Part shown: in pieces, positions 19,822-28,672 of the stretch
Numbering within the stretch: the first letter of the stretch is position 1
How the letters are laid out: the number at the start of each line of letters is the position of its first letter
DNA from: a virus
IMG/VR virus record: IMGVR_UViG_3300037042_003932
Span: 32,001-96,000 of that record
Length of the DNA: 64,000 bases
Strand: one strand, 5' to 3'
Notes under the pieces: model-generated
Told to the model about the DNA's origin: nothing
What the model saw: only the letters and a program-made list of their open reading frames with translations
The model's database searches: none
Made by a program: the position numbers and the translations under genes

Positions 19822-21050
19822 ACAAGAAAGAAGTTATCCATTACGCAGACCAGTATGATATCCCGCGTGTGAGCCCCCAAGAAGCGATTGACCAGATCAA
19901 ACTCTCTATTGCAAACAGTCAGTTTCGTGGAGTGTTCAACCTCGTTGGACAGTCTGGCATCGGCAAAACCCACATTATTCGTCAAATAGCCCAAGACATG
20001 AACCTGTCAAGAGTAGCGGACGTACGTACAGCCCATTTCTCTATCCTGGGTGGCGGTGTTCCGAAACTCCAAGGAGACAACGACAGGTTCTTCAGCATCC
20101 TGCTCCCGCCCCAATTCCCCGATACAGACGAGTCGGCTTTGATCTTCTTCGACGAAATCAACCAGGGGATGCAACATGCCATCAGCATGTTCTTCTCTTT
20201 GATCGAAGATCGGAGCCTGTACGACTACGAGCTCGGGGACAAAGTGACAATCGTCGCAGCAATGAATCCCAACACAGCGAATTACGTCGTACAGAATATC
20301 GAGTCGAACGCGGCTCTGCGCCGACGTTTGAAGTTTCTGTACGTGGTATCCAACGCCAAAGATTTCCTGGCCCACGCCTCTACTTCGAGGTTCCACTTCA
20401 CCGACACAGCATGTCGTGCGATTGGCTCGTCATCGAAACCCTGCCACCCCGCAGTCCTGGAGTTCCTGAAGGGGTCTCCAAGCCTAGTCGAAGATTCCAA
20501 GGCGCGAGAGCAGAACAAGCAGTACGCGTGCCCTGCGTCGTGGCAGACGGTGAGCCTCGACGCCTACGTCATGGACTACAGTCAAATTCCACTGGATAGT
20601 GACGTGGCGCGGGTTCGGTTCGGGTCATCCATCGGCATGACCATGGCCCAGCAGCTTGTCGGGTTTTTCCACGACAGATCAGCAACCCTGAGTGCAGAGG
20701 ACGTCATCCTGCACTTCCCCAGTGTCCAAAGTAAACTAGAGAAACTTGTCGAGAATGGTGCCCTGGAGAAACTCGTCAGCCTCACAGGCGACGTCTTGGA
20801 GTACATCTTCATTAGTGAACCAAAAGAAGTGAGTCGCGTAGCCAAGAATCTCATCCGGTATCTTATGGTCGTCCCCAATGACGCCAGTATCTCAGCCATG
20901 CAACAAATACCAATAATCGCACAGCAAAACAAAGCAGGGGTATACCTAACGCAGCTCATGAAGGAGTTACGAAATCACCAAGAGTTCGTGACGTTGAACC
21001 AACGTCTCGAAACAGCACACGCATCCATTGACTCAAAACTCAGGGCTTAA
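19803..21050 (+). CDS. MoxR-like AAA+ ATPase
   Basis: GQSGIGKT Walker A, IFFDEIN Walker B, IVAAMNP sensor I, AALRRR arginine finger. Confidence 0.88.
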   Translation: MSTEMSNKKEVIHYADQYDIPRVSPQEAIDQIKLSIANSQFRGVFNLVGQSGIGKTHIIRQIAQDMNLSRVADVRTAHFSILGGGVPKLQGDNDRFFSILLPPQFPDTDESALIFFDEINQGMQHAISMFFSLIEDRSLYDYELGDKVTIVAAMNPNTANYVVQNIESNAALRRRLKFLYVVSNAKDFLAHASTSRFHFTDTACRAIGSSSKPCHPAVLEFLKGSPSLVEDSKAREQNKQYACPASWQTVSLDAYVMDYSQIPLDSDVARVRFGSSIGMTMAQQLVGFFHDRSATLSAEDVILHFPSVQSKLEKLVENGALEKLVSLTGDVLEYIFISEPKEVSRVAKNLIRYLMVVPNDASISAMQQIPIIAQQNKAGVYLTQLMKELRNHQEFVTLNQRLETAHASIDSKLRA

Positions 21051-21744
21051 GACCTAGACGAGCTAACTCCGCATGGAGATGGCTCTTGTGTTCTGCAACG
21101 TAGAGGTAACAAGCAGCAAGACGGGCTAGTTGCACACCGACCGCATTCTCTGCGAACTCGGTGTGCGCTAGTCTGTTCTTGGGAGTATGACTCCAAGCTT
21201 GCTTTACCTCTTTTTTTAGTCCAGTGACGTATTCTTCCGAAGTGAGTTGTTTCTCCAAACAGTCTTCCGCAAACAGAAGTTCACTTGGCGGAAGCACAAA
21301 GCCTTCGCGACGGAGACAAACAGCCACGTAAAGCTGCACGTCACCATCAAAATCTGGGATGGTATCTTTGTCAGGGTCAAACTGGCGAATGACAGCGGCT
21401 TCGCAAATAGCCCAAGCCATATGCGCGGAGTGATTCTCCTGCAGCGTACCAACGCTGAAAGGTTGACCGTTCAACGCCTGCACCGTGTGCTGGAATGAGA
21501 TGTTGTCCCAGTAGAAAGACGGGTGTTCCGTGAGCGCAATAGCCGCCTGGATCTTGTCGCGGTCCACTTCACTCAAAGGGTAGCTGTCTCGCTCTAGGGT
21601 TAACCATAGAGCTTCAGGTTCCCACTTGAGGACTTCGTCCCCGTACAAAGAACGCAGCGACAGTAAGAGAGCAATAGCCGAGCTAGAAGACGCGGCTTTA
21701 AGCGTAGCTTTTGCTTCAGGTTCTAGTGCCTTGTTTTTCATCAA
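21040..21744 (-). CDS. Hypothetical protein (possibly head-associated)
   Basis: 234-aa ORF with an ATGA overlap to the upstream - strand gene. Confidence 0.6.
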   Translation of the reverse strand: MMKNKALEPEAKATLKAASSSSAIALLLSLRSLYGDEVLKWEPEALWLTLERDSYPLSEVDRDKIQAAIALTEHPSFYWDNISFQHTVQALNGQPFSVGTLQENHSAHMAWAICEAAVIRQFDPDKDTIPDFDGDVQLYVAVCLRREGFVLPPSELLFAEDCLEKQLTSEEYVTGLKKEVKQAWSHTPKNRLAHTEFAENAVGVQLARLAACYLYVAEHKSHLHAELARLGLKP

Positions 21745-22745
21745 TGCGAGTATGCCACAAGATTCGTAGCGAGGGAAGACTTGAGGTCATTCGGCAGAGT
21801 CTCAATAATCTGCTCAAGAGCAGTAGGGTCAACTTGGCCACCGGGGGCTATCTCAGACGCGAAGTCAGGGCCAATCGCGTCAGACCAAAAAGTGACAGGC
21901 AGAGACGACAACACGTTCTTGTCAAACATCTTTCCAGCGATGTTGATGCTCTGTGCCGCCAGCTTATCCGTGTTCCAAACAGTCTGGATAGGATCAAGAA
22001 TCTTCTTACCGTACAGATTCACAATGCCTGCCTGCTTGTCCAGATCATGGAGCGCTGCGGCCAACTTTACCTGGTAACCTTTGTCCGCAATATAGTCAGG
22101 AGTGTTGGTAAAAGCTTGTGCCAACTTCTCGTACGAAGCCGCGACAGGCGAATTCACCTTCAGGGCTGCTTCCTTGCGAGCGCCGAGCCAGTCACAAAGA
22201 AGCTTGGTGCTTGTGAGCGTAATGCCTGCGAACTTCTTGGTAGAAGGAGCCAACGGAACTTCGTAACGCTCAGCTACCTTAACCAGGTTGAGCATGATTT
22301 CAGAGCGTTCGGTCGGAGAAAACTCCGCGTACCGTTGTCCCACAATCTGCTCGGCAAGTTTGACGTCACCAGCGGAAGCAACGCGAAAACGGCGTTGGCT
22401 ATCCAACAGCCAGTACTCCTCACCTGCTTCTTTTTCCAACAAGCTCTCGGAGTTGAACGATGCGGTGTCTACCCCGTAGACCTCGGCAGCGCGATCCAAA
22501 TTTAACCTCACGTCCAACGGAAGGACAGAGGCAGTCTTGCTGTAAGCAAGAGAAAGAACAGCATGCTCCCGATTATGTAGGGGGAACATCCGGCGCTCTG
22601 GCCATGCAAAAGCTGACATCGGCAGGTTCGAGAACTCCTCCGAGTCGAGCTCAGCAGTCTTCGCCATCTCTTTGATGGCTGGGAACTTCTCGGAAAGGAC
22701 TCGCAGCATTGCGAAACCGGCATCAGTGGTTTGGTCGATGATCAT
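21741..22745 (-). CDS. Putative head/scaffold-associated protein with many K-x-A motifs
   Basis: LPMSAFAWPERRMFPLHNREHAVLS resembles DUF6582-type phage head modules. 11 K-x-A sites. Confidence 0.5.
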   Translation of the reverse strand: MIIDQTTDAGFAMLRVLSEKFPAIKEMAKTAELDSEEFSNLPMSAFAWPERRMFPLHNREHAVLSLAYSKTASVLPLDVRLNLDRAAEVYGVDTASFNSESLLEKEAGEEYWLLDSQRRFRVASAGDVKLAEQIVGQRYAEFSPTERSEIMLNLVKVAERYEVPLAPSTKKFAGITLTSTKLLCDWLGARKEAALKVNSPVAASYEKLAQAFTNTPDYIADKGYQVKLAAALHDLDKQAGIVNLYGKKILDPIQTVWNTDKLAAQSINIAGKMFDKNVLSSLPVTFWSDAIGPDFASEIAPGGQVDPTALEQIIETLPNDLKSSLATNLVAYSH

Positions 22746-22826
22746 TCCATTTCCTGCCTGTAAATAGTCGAACTAGTTCTAGCGACACTACTAATTGTAC
22801 GCCAAACAACCCAAAGGAGTAACTCT

Positions 22827-24464
22827 ATGGGCGAATCGAAGGACAATGCTCTCACAAACGCGCTGCAGTGGCTCTGTTCCCCTCGGGGTGGGAACAACTT
22901 CTACGGACGCATCCTTAATGGATGCCGACGTATCAGTACTCCCGGCAAAGGAACCGCTTGCGTCTCGGTAAACCTGTCCACAGGTAGGTACTCTTTCGAG
23001 TATGACCTCGAGTGGTTCGAAAAACTTAACGTCAAAGAACAGCTGTTCGTGGTCATGCATGAGGCGTGTCACATTGTGCTCCAACACATTCCTCGGGCTC
23101 TCTGGATGTACAACAATTTGCCTTCGGGTTCTGACCTGAAATTAAACCACAAGCTCAGCAACTGCGCTATGGATTTTGCAGTTAATAGCAATTTCCTCAG
23201 AAAAGAACTGGATGAATTTGGGGATAAGTGTCCCTTCCTGAATCCAGCAATGTTCGAATTGCCGCATAAGCTCATGTTCGAAGAGTACCTAGACTTGCTT
23301 ATTCAAAAAGCCAAAAAGGTTCCTATGTTCGTTATGTCGCTAGGTGACGGTGGAAGTCAACCAAGTGACCAAAACAACCACAAAGAGGACAGCGACGAAG
23401 AGAACAGCAATTCCCCTGGTGATGAAAAGAATGAAGACCAAGACGACAGCGAGTCAGACGAAGGTGACAGTAGCACGAGCGAAGACTCTGACGATACCGA
23501 GGATGATTCCGAAAATGAAAATGGCGGAGGTGGGGGCGCGGGTGATCCAGGAGAGGAAGAGGAAACTAACGGAAGTAGTCAAGGAGATGGTCTTGGCGAT
23601 TTACACCCCGAGTTCCCTCGACACACATTCGACCCGAGCGAAACGAGTCTGACCCGCACTGATGCTGAGATGGAAAGACTCATAAGCGAGCTGACCAAAG
23701 AAACTAAAGAGATGGTCAGGCACGCATACGAGCAAACTATCCGACGCAGGGGAACTATCCCGGTAGAAATCAGAAGTGAAGTAGAAGCACTTTTGAAAGA
23801 ACCAGAAGTTCCGTGGGACCAAATTCTCAGAAACATGATGCGGTCTAGCATCATAGCCAAGATGTACGAGAGTGCTGTTATTCCTAATTACAGCCTTCTG
23901 CCTGTAATGGGTATGGGTATCATTCCGTATCCGGGTCTTCAGTGTGACACTGCAATCAACGTGTCTATTCTCATCGACACCTCAGGCTCTATCAGTGACT
24001 CAGACTTTATAAAGTTCGTGACTGAGCTCAACGGAGTTCTACAGTGCACCCATGGGATAAACATGCACGTCGTCATGTTCGACGCGTATATCCAGTACGA
24101 ACACTACCTGAGCGAGCTGGAGGCCGATGAGCTACGAACCGAGATGAAAGCAGGTAAGGCGTCATACGACAGGCACGGACGCGGAGGAACAGACTTTAAC
24201 CCGCCGTTCCAGTGTGTTAGTGGCGTCGATAGAGACACAATCCCCCGGATAGACAACTGCGCGGGTAACTGGGAGGAACACCGATTCAAGAAACCAGACT
24301 TGGTCGTGTTCCTGACAGACGGTTGCGCCCCTGTAGACGAGGAGTCCGGAGGACCAATCCCCGTGTACCAACCAGACTGCCCAGTAATCTGGGTCATCTG
24401 TGGCGGCAGTAGAGCCGAGGTACACCCAGCCATGGGACAACGTGTCGTTGTCCTCTCGGAGTAA
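22827..24464 (+). CDS. HEXXH metallopeptidase-like + vWA protein (DUF2201-type), MoxR partner
   Basis: MHEACH, NCAMDFAVN, a long D/E/S/G linker, MIDAS IDTSGSI, GRGGTDF, FLTDG, PVIWV. AAGGAG RBS. Confidence 0.88.
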   Translation: MGESKDNALTNALQWLCSPRGGNNFYGRILNGCRRISTPGKGTACVSVNLSTGRYSFEYDLEWFEKLNVKEQLFVVMHEACHIVLQHIPRALWMYNNLPSGSDLKLNHKLSNCAMDFAVNSNFLRKELDEFGDKCPFLNPAMFELPHKLMFEEYLDLLIQKAKKVPMFVMSLGDGGSQPSDQNNHKEDSDEENSNSPGDEKNEDQDDSESDEGDSSTSEDSDDTEDDSENENGGGGGAGDPGEEEETNGSSQGDGLGDLHPEFPRHTFDPSETSLTRTDAEMERLISELTKETKEMVRHAYEQTIRRRGTIPVEIRSEVEALLKEPEVPWDQILRNMMRSSIIAKMYESAVIPNYSLLPVMGMGIIPYPGLQCDTAINVSILIDTSGSISDSDFIKFVTELNGVLQCTHGINMHVVMFDAYIQYEHYLSELEADELRTEMKAGKASYDRHGRGGTDFNPPFQCVSGVDRDTIPRIDNCAGNWEEHRFKKPDLVVFLTDGCAPVDEESGGPIPVYQPDCPVIWVICGGSRAEVHPAMGQRVVVLSE

Positions 24465-24466
24465 GC

Positions 24467-25153
24467 ATGACGACATACCCATTTTACTCGGTAAAGGTAC
24501 GACACAGCACCGGTAAGATGCCCAGTACTGACACACGAAAGGCTCGTCACTTCGAGAAGGCTCGAACGAGTTTTTTCCAATACGACAGGTTCTACCTGTT
24601 TCACAACGATGACATTGGCTTCGTGAACAGAATGTTCAACGTGTACATGTTGCATACAATTACCCCAGAAATCCTCGGATACCTGAATGACATGCTAGAC
24701 ATAGAGATGGTCACGTCGTTGGGCCATACGAAACTGACACGAAAAGTGTCTACAAAAATCGAACGAGGACAACAACAAGCAAGTGTCCCATGGCATGTTG
24801 GGAGGTCTAAGATCGAGAACTACATGCTCGTAGTCCCCACGTACACGTTTAACCTGAAGTTCTCAACTAGACAGAAGCATGCGGAACTGCCAGATGGACG
24901 TGCCATCGGGTACGTACGATCAAAAGTTACTGTCGGTTCCGTAATCTTCAAAGACGCACCTTTGCTTGTAATCAACGAGCGGGTCATTCCAAATCCTTGC
25001 ATGTTCTGTGCGCGGTATCTTGACGGGTTCCAAGCGGGAATTTGCAATTTTGGAACCAGGGTTTGTCATAAGACAAACACAATATTTGCACCACTAGAAA
25101 GGAAAACGATCCAAGATGACGATGTTCCTACGGACGGAGTTATTGAAGTATGA
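24467..25153 (+). CDS. Hypothetical protein with C-terminal Cys cluster (RT-operon gene 2)
   Basis: Starts 2 nt after the vWA stop. CMFC-x11-C-x6-CH. Overlaps the RT start by 38 nt. Confidence 0.65.
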   Translation: MTTYPFYSVKVRHSTGKMPSTDTRKARHFEKARTSFFQYDRFYLFHNDDIGFVNRMFNVYMLHTITPEILGYLNDMLDIEMVTSLGHTKLTRKVSTKIERGQQQASVPWHVGRSKIENYMLVVPTYTFNLKFSTRQKHAELPDGRAIGYVRSKVTVGSVIFKDAPLLVINERVIPNPCMFCARYLDGFQAGICNFGTRVCHKTNTIFAPLERKTIQDDDVPTDGVIEV

Positions 25154-26285
25154 TGTGAATCCTCTCTTGGAGGCAGACGAAGACCTCGCGCTTATCATCG
25201 ACGACTACACCCTAGCAAACTGTCTACGCACGACCGCACACCTTCTATGGAACGCGGTTATCAACCGAAACGGTATGTACACAACGTTCAGCATACCCAA
25301 GAAGACCGGGGGTGAACGAACCATACGAGCGCCGCGTCCGTACCTGAAAAGACTACAAGCTCGGATGTACAAAAAAATACTAACTCCGCTACACAACAGA
25401 CTAGGAGACCACGTCACAGGATATAGATCAGGATTTGGGACAAAAGCAGCCGTATCGCTACACGTTCATCCATGCGAAATATGTGACAGTGCCCCTGAAG
25501 GAACAACCGCTACGTCACATGCGTGTCCCCGCAACGGAACGTATATAAAGCTCGACCTCAAAGACTTCTTCCATACCACACGTAAATGGTGGATCGAAGA
25601 CTATCTAGTCTCTGTAGGGTACGGAAGTTACGTCTCAGATTTGATGGCTGTAATCATGACTGTTCCAGGGTTACCGCACCCAAAGAAACCAGACGCAAAA
25701 GTTACAGGGGTACCCCAGGGGAGTCCGACCTCTGGAGCCATCTGTAACCTAGTAGCTGCTCAACGCCTAGACAAGCCCATTATGGATCACCTACGCTACC
25801 TAAACGTGATGCATAAGCTCGATACTACCTGGGGTTGGAGATACTCGAGGTATGCCGACGACATCGCAATCACCTGCGGAAAAAAGATGCATCACAGCGT
25901 TCGCAGAGACGTAATCGGCCAGGTCAAGAAGATAATCTGGAGGGCAGGTTACACCGTAAACGCCAAGAAGACGAAGGTCAAAACAGGTCGAAAACAACGG
26001 AAGCTACTGGGCCTGGTGTTCAACCAGAAGCCCAACATCGACAGACGTGACTACCTGCGACTAAGGGCCATCGTATTCAACTGCTCGATGCATGGCTTTG
26101 ACTCACAGGGCCAACGTGCAGGTTACGAGAACGCTGCGCAATTCAAGTCATGGCTCCAAGGGAAAATTAACTACGTAAAGCACATTCACCCAAGTCATGG
26201 ATTGAAGCTCCAAGAGGTGCTCGAGAGCGCTATAAAGATGCACAATCCAGAATGGACAGAAATAGTCAATGAAGAAATTAACTGA
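25116..26285 (+). CDS. Retron-like reverse transcriptase
   Basis: FSIPKKTGGERTIRAP, LKRLQ, KLDLKDFF, PQGSPTSGAICN, YSRYADDI (YADD at 25851-25862), GYTVNAKKT, LLGLVFN, RLRAIVFN, LQGKINYV. Confidence 0.92.
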   Translation: MTMFLRTELLKYDVNPLLEADEDLALIIDDYTLANCLRTTAHLLWNAVINRNGMYTTFSIPKKTGGERTIRAPRPYLKRLQARMYKKILTPLHNRLGDHVTGYRSGFGTKAAVSLHVHPCEICDSAPEGTTATSHACPRNGTYIKLDLKDFFHTTRKWWIEDYLVSVGYGSYVSDLMAVIMTVPGLPHPKKPDAKVTGVPQGSPTSGAICNLVAAQRLDKPIMDHLRYLNVMHKLDTTWGWRYSRYADDIAITCGKKMHHSVRRDVIGQVKKIIWRAGYTVNAKKTKVKTGRKQRKLLGLVFNQKPNIDRRDYLRLRAIVFNCSMHGFDSQGQRAGYENAAQFKSWLQGKINYVKHIHPSHGLKLQEVLESAIKMHNPEWTEIVNEEIN

Positions 26286-27675
26286 CACAAAGATCTTCAC
26301 GGCCATTATGTGCGAGTACAGGTTCAGGACAAAGGAGGGATTCGACGCAGGAGACGATTACCCCAAGTACTCACGCGACGACGGCTGGTGCGTGAAAGAT
26401 TCTTGGGGTCTTGTGTTCGGCACGTACTCACCGAACGTCCCTGAGGTAAATGACTACACCGCAAAAGATGCGATGGAGCTCGCCGACGACCCAGAACTCC
26501 ACAAGATATTCCCTCCCCCATTCTACGTAGCGTCCCTGGACGACAGCGCCAACCGGACAATGTTGTACTTCGGAAGACACGCAGCTAAGTTTGTATCCTC
26601 GTGGGTACAACAACCAGGTGAGTACCCTCTGGACTTCTTGGTCATTAAGCCCTCCGTCGACGAGCCTGCATTCAACGTGGATACCATGTCTCAAGTGGCG
26701 AGATGCCACGCTCCAGAAAAACACGTATACGGGTGTAAGGCGTGCTTAGAGAGCGCCACGAGCTTTGAGGGTTGCTGCAGTATCAAACGCACGTTATGCC
26801 CTACAGAAGACCCCTTAGAGTTCAAATCTAAGTGGAGCGTTGGACCGTTTCTCCCGTCTAGAAAGCACACCATCCAGGGTTATTTGTATGTGTCACCCGT
26901 CATGCTACACGACAACGATTCTCGCAAGATCGTGGGGGTAAAAGATATCAAGCTAACTGATCTGGATTTCAGTCAGTATCAGGAACTGTATGACCGACGC
27001 TGTGAGTCTCTAAAAGAGAGACAGAAAACTCTCGAAAATGGAAGAGTGTACTGCTCACAGTGCTCGGTGCGAGACGAGTGCTTCAATCACTTCAAACACA
27101 AGAGACGTTTCTGCTGCAATCCACGCCCTAGTGTAGAGCAGATAGCCTCTGAGATTACAAACGCAGCCGTTATCAAACTATCGAAAAGGACCATCGCTGA
27201 GATCTTAGAAGCTAGTGGGCGTACGCGAGCACAGAATCCAAGAACTGGAAGGACAAGTGAGGCTACGATAGGTCTTGCGGACCTTAACAGGGGTCTGGGT
27301 TTCTGTGTTCACCGTGTATCTGACAACTACATAATGGTGAGTGGTAGTACCGACGAGGAATGGGAAAGGTTCAAACAAGCTGAGTCTATTACCTGTTATG
27401 AGGCAGGTGTAGAAAATCTTCTTCGTACCTTAGACGACCCCGTGAAGTTTGCAACCCTCTTATCCTGCGTAAGCACACGCCAGTCACCTGCTCGAGCTAC
27501 CGGTTTTGGAAACTTTCACTACGAGTACATGTACACACATGTACGGTACGGTGACGAATTCAGTATAGCGTTCCACCAACCGAGCGGAAGAAGAGTATCC
27601 CCGTGGAAACTAGAAGTTAAGTCCCTCCCCTGCCTATTCAAGCACTACGGAAGAATCCCGGGGTCTACGTGGTAG
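26269..27675 (+). CDS. Cys-rich hypothetical protein (RT-operon gene 4)
   Basis: 468 aa, overlapping the RT stop by 17 nt. Motifs CH...CKAC...CC...C and CSQCSVRDEC...CC. Confidence 0.7.
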   Translation: MKKLTDTKIFTAIMCEYRFRTKEGFDAGDDYPKYSRDDGWCVKDSWGLVFGTYSPNVPEVNDYTAKDAMELADDPELHKIFPPPFYVASLDDSANRTMLYFGRHAAKFVSSWVQQPGEYPLDFLVIKPSVDEPAFNVDTMSQVARCHAPEKHVYGCKACLESATSFEGCCSIKRTLCPTEDPLEFKSKWSVGPFLPSRKHTIQGYLYVSPVMLHDNDSRKIVGVKDIKLTDLDFSQYQELYDRRCESLKERQKTLENGRVYCSQCSVRDECFNHFKHKRRFCCNPRPSVEQIASEITNAAVIKLSKRTIAEILEASGRTRAQNPRTGRTSEATIGLADLNRGLGFCVHRVSDNYIMVSGSTDEEWERFKQAESITCYEAGVENLLRTLDDPVKFATLLSCVSTRQSPARATGFGNFHYEYMYTHVRYGDEFSIAFHQPSGRRVSPWKLEVKSLPCLFKHYGRIPGSTW

Positions 27676-28672
27676 GAACGAAGTCCGGACAGATGGCGAG
27701 AGCCGCAGCTAGCGCTGCGTCTTCTGCAGCCTGGGCCGAAGCGACCTCTGCTTCGGCCTCTTTTTTTGCTATCACAGCAGAAGACACCGCGAGGTTCTTG
27801 ACCGTAGTGAGCTGAAGCGCAGAGTTATACGACGTGAACAACGAGGTGTACAACGTATCCAACGTTGACGTTAGGTTGGTTGCGTTACTCTCAGTATTCG
27901 CAAACGACGCGAGGTTTGTTTCTTGCCCCGCAAAGGCTGCTGACAGCGCAGGGTAACGCGGCTCAGTGTTACCCACGTACGTCAGCATCTCCGCAACAGG
28001 AACCTGGTACGTCTTTGTCAGACCTGCAAAAGCCTGACCGCCAGACACCGTCTTTATCGAATTGAAATAGTTTGTCCAGAAGCTCTTAACGTCAACAGCT
28101 AGAGCGTACTGTTCCTTGTATTTCTCGGTGATTGTCGTCTGGTAGTTAGCCGCGTCTCTCGCGTCCGCTAAGTCTTTCTCAGCCTCCACCAGAGCGAGAT
28201 CCGCTGCGACTCGTTCAGCCCGTGCCGCATAGTACGCATCCTGTAGCTGCTGCTCGTAGGTTTCATCCTCGGTAGGATGCCAACCATCCAAATTGCCTGA
28301 GAAGACTTCCTTAAAATCGTACCAAGCACGAACACCGTCGTTGACGCGAGACTTAACCGCGTCTTTAGCTTGAACCGCCATATTAAGGTCAGCGTACTTA
28401 CGTGTGAGAACACTCGTCAGGTAGTAAGAGTTACCGGCAGTCAGAGCCACTTCACGTCCGTTTGAGATGTTCTCCAAGTCATATGGAGTAGCCACACGCT
28501 CGAACACATCTTGTGTCGTGTCCACCACGTCCGTAATCTTGTACACGAACAAAGATGTGGTTGGTAACTCACCCTGCTCAGACACCAACGCCGTGATGAT
28601 GTACTGGAAGTCCCCTTCTTCAAGGGCCACCGTTGTGTAGTTGTACTCTACTTTTGTTAGTGCTGCTGTCAT
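27665..28672 (-). CDS. Hypothetical virion-associated protein with coiled-coil C-terminus
   Basis: FERVATPYDLE domain followed by an Ala/Glu-rich helical region. Confidence 0.6.
   Translation of the reverse strand: MTAALTKVEYNYTTVALEEGDFQYIITALVSEQGELPTTSLFVYKITDVVDTTQDVFERVATPYDLENISNGREVALTAGNSYYLTSVLTRKYADLNMAVQAKDAVKSRVNDGVRAWYDFKEVFSGNLDGWHPTEDETYEQQLQDAYYAARAERVAADLALVEAEKDLADARDAANYQTTITEKYKEQYALAVDVKSFWTNYFNSIKTVSGGQAFAGLTKTYQVPVAEMLTYVGNTEPRYPALSAAFAGQETNLASFANTESNATNLTSTLDTLYTSLFTSYNSALQLTTVKNLAVSSAVIAKKEAEAEVASAQAAEDAALAAALAICPDFVPTT

Noticed and set aside
21711-22505. 264-aa + strand ORF and the many other antisense ORFs in the track (e.g. 41504-42211, 53194-53808)
   Set aside because: They are shadows of well-supported opposite-strand genes, with no recognisable motifs or convincing RBS.
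23340-23600. Low-complexity GA-rich tract as a DNA repeat
   Set aside because: It encodes the acidic D/E/S/G linker usual between the peptidase and vWA domains.
25116-26285. RT as part of a diversity-generating retroelement targeting tail fibres
   Set aside because: Motifs are retron-like (PQGSPTS, YADD) rather than DGR-like (LPIGNLxSQ, YxDD with an Avd neighbour). I saw no adenine-mismatched TR/VR pair, though this was not checked computationally.
25116-26285. Group II intron
   Set aside because: At 389 aa it lacks maturase and endonuclease domains, there is no flanking non-coding ribozyme, and no host gene is interrupted.
22746-27700. CRISPR-like or evenly spaced repeat array next to the RT
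   Set aside because: I read both flanks and saw no recurring repeat unit. The DNA is occupied by long ORFs. A self dot-plot would be needed to exclude highly degenerate repeats.
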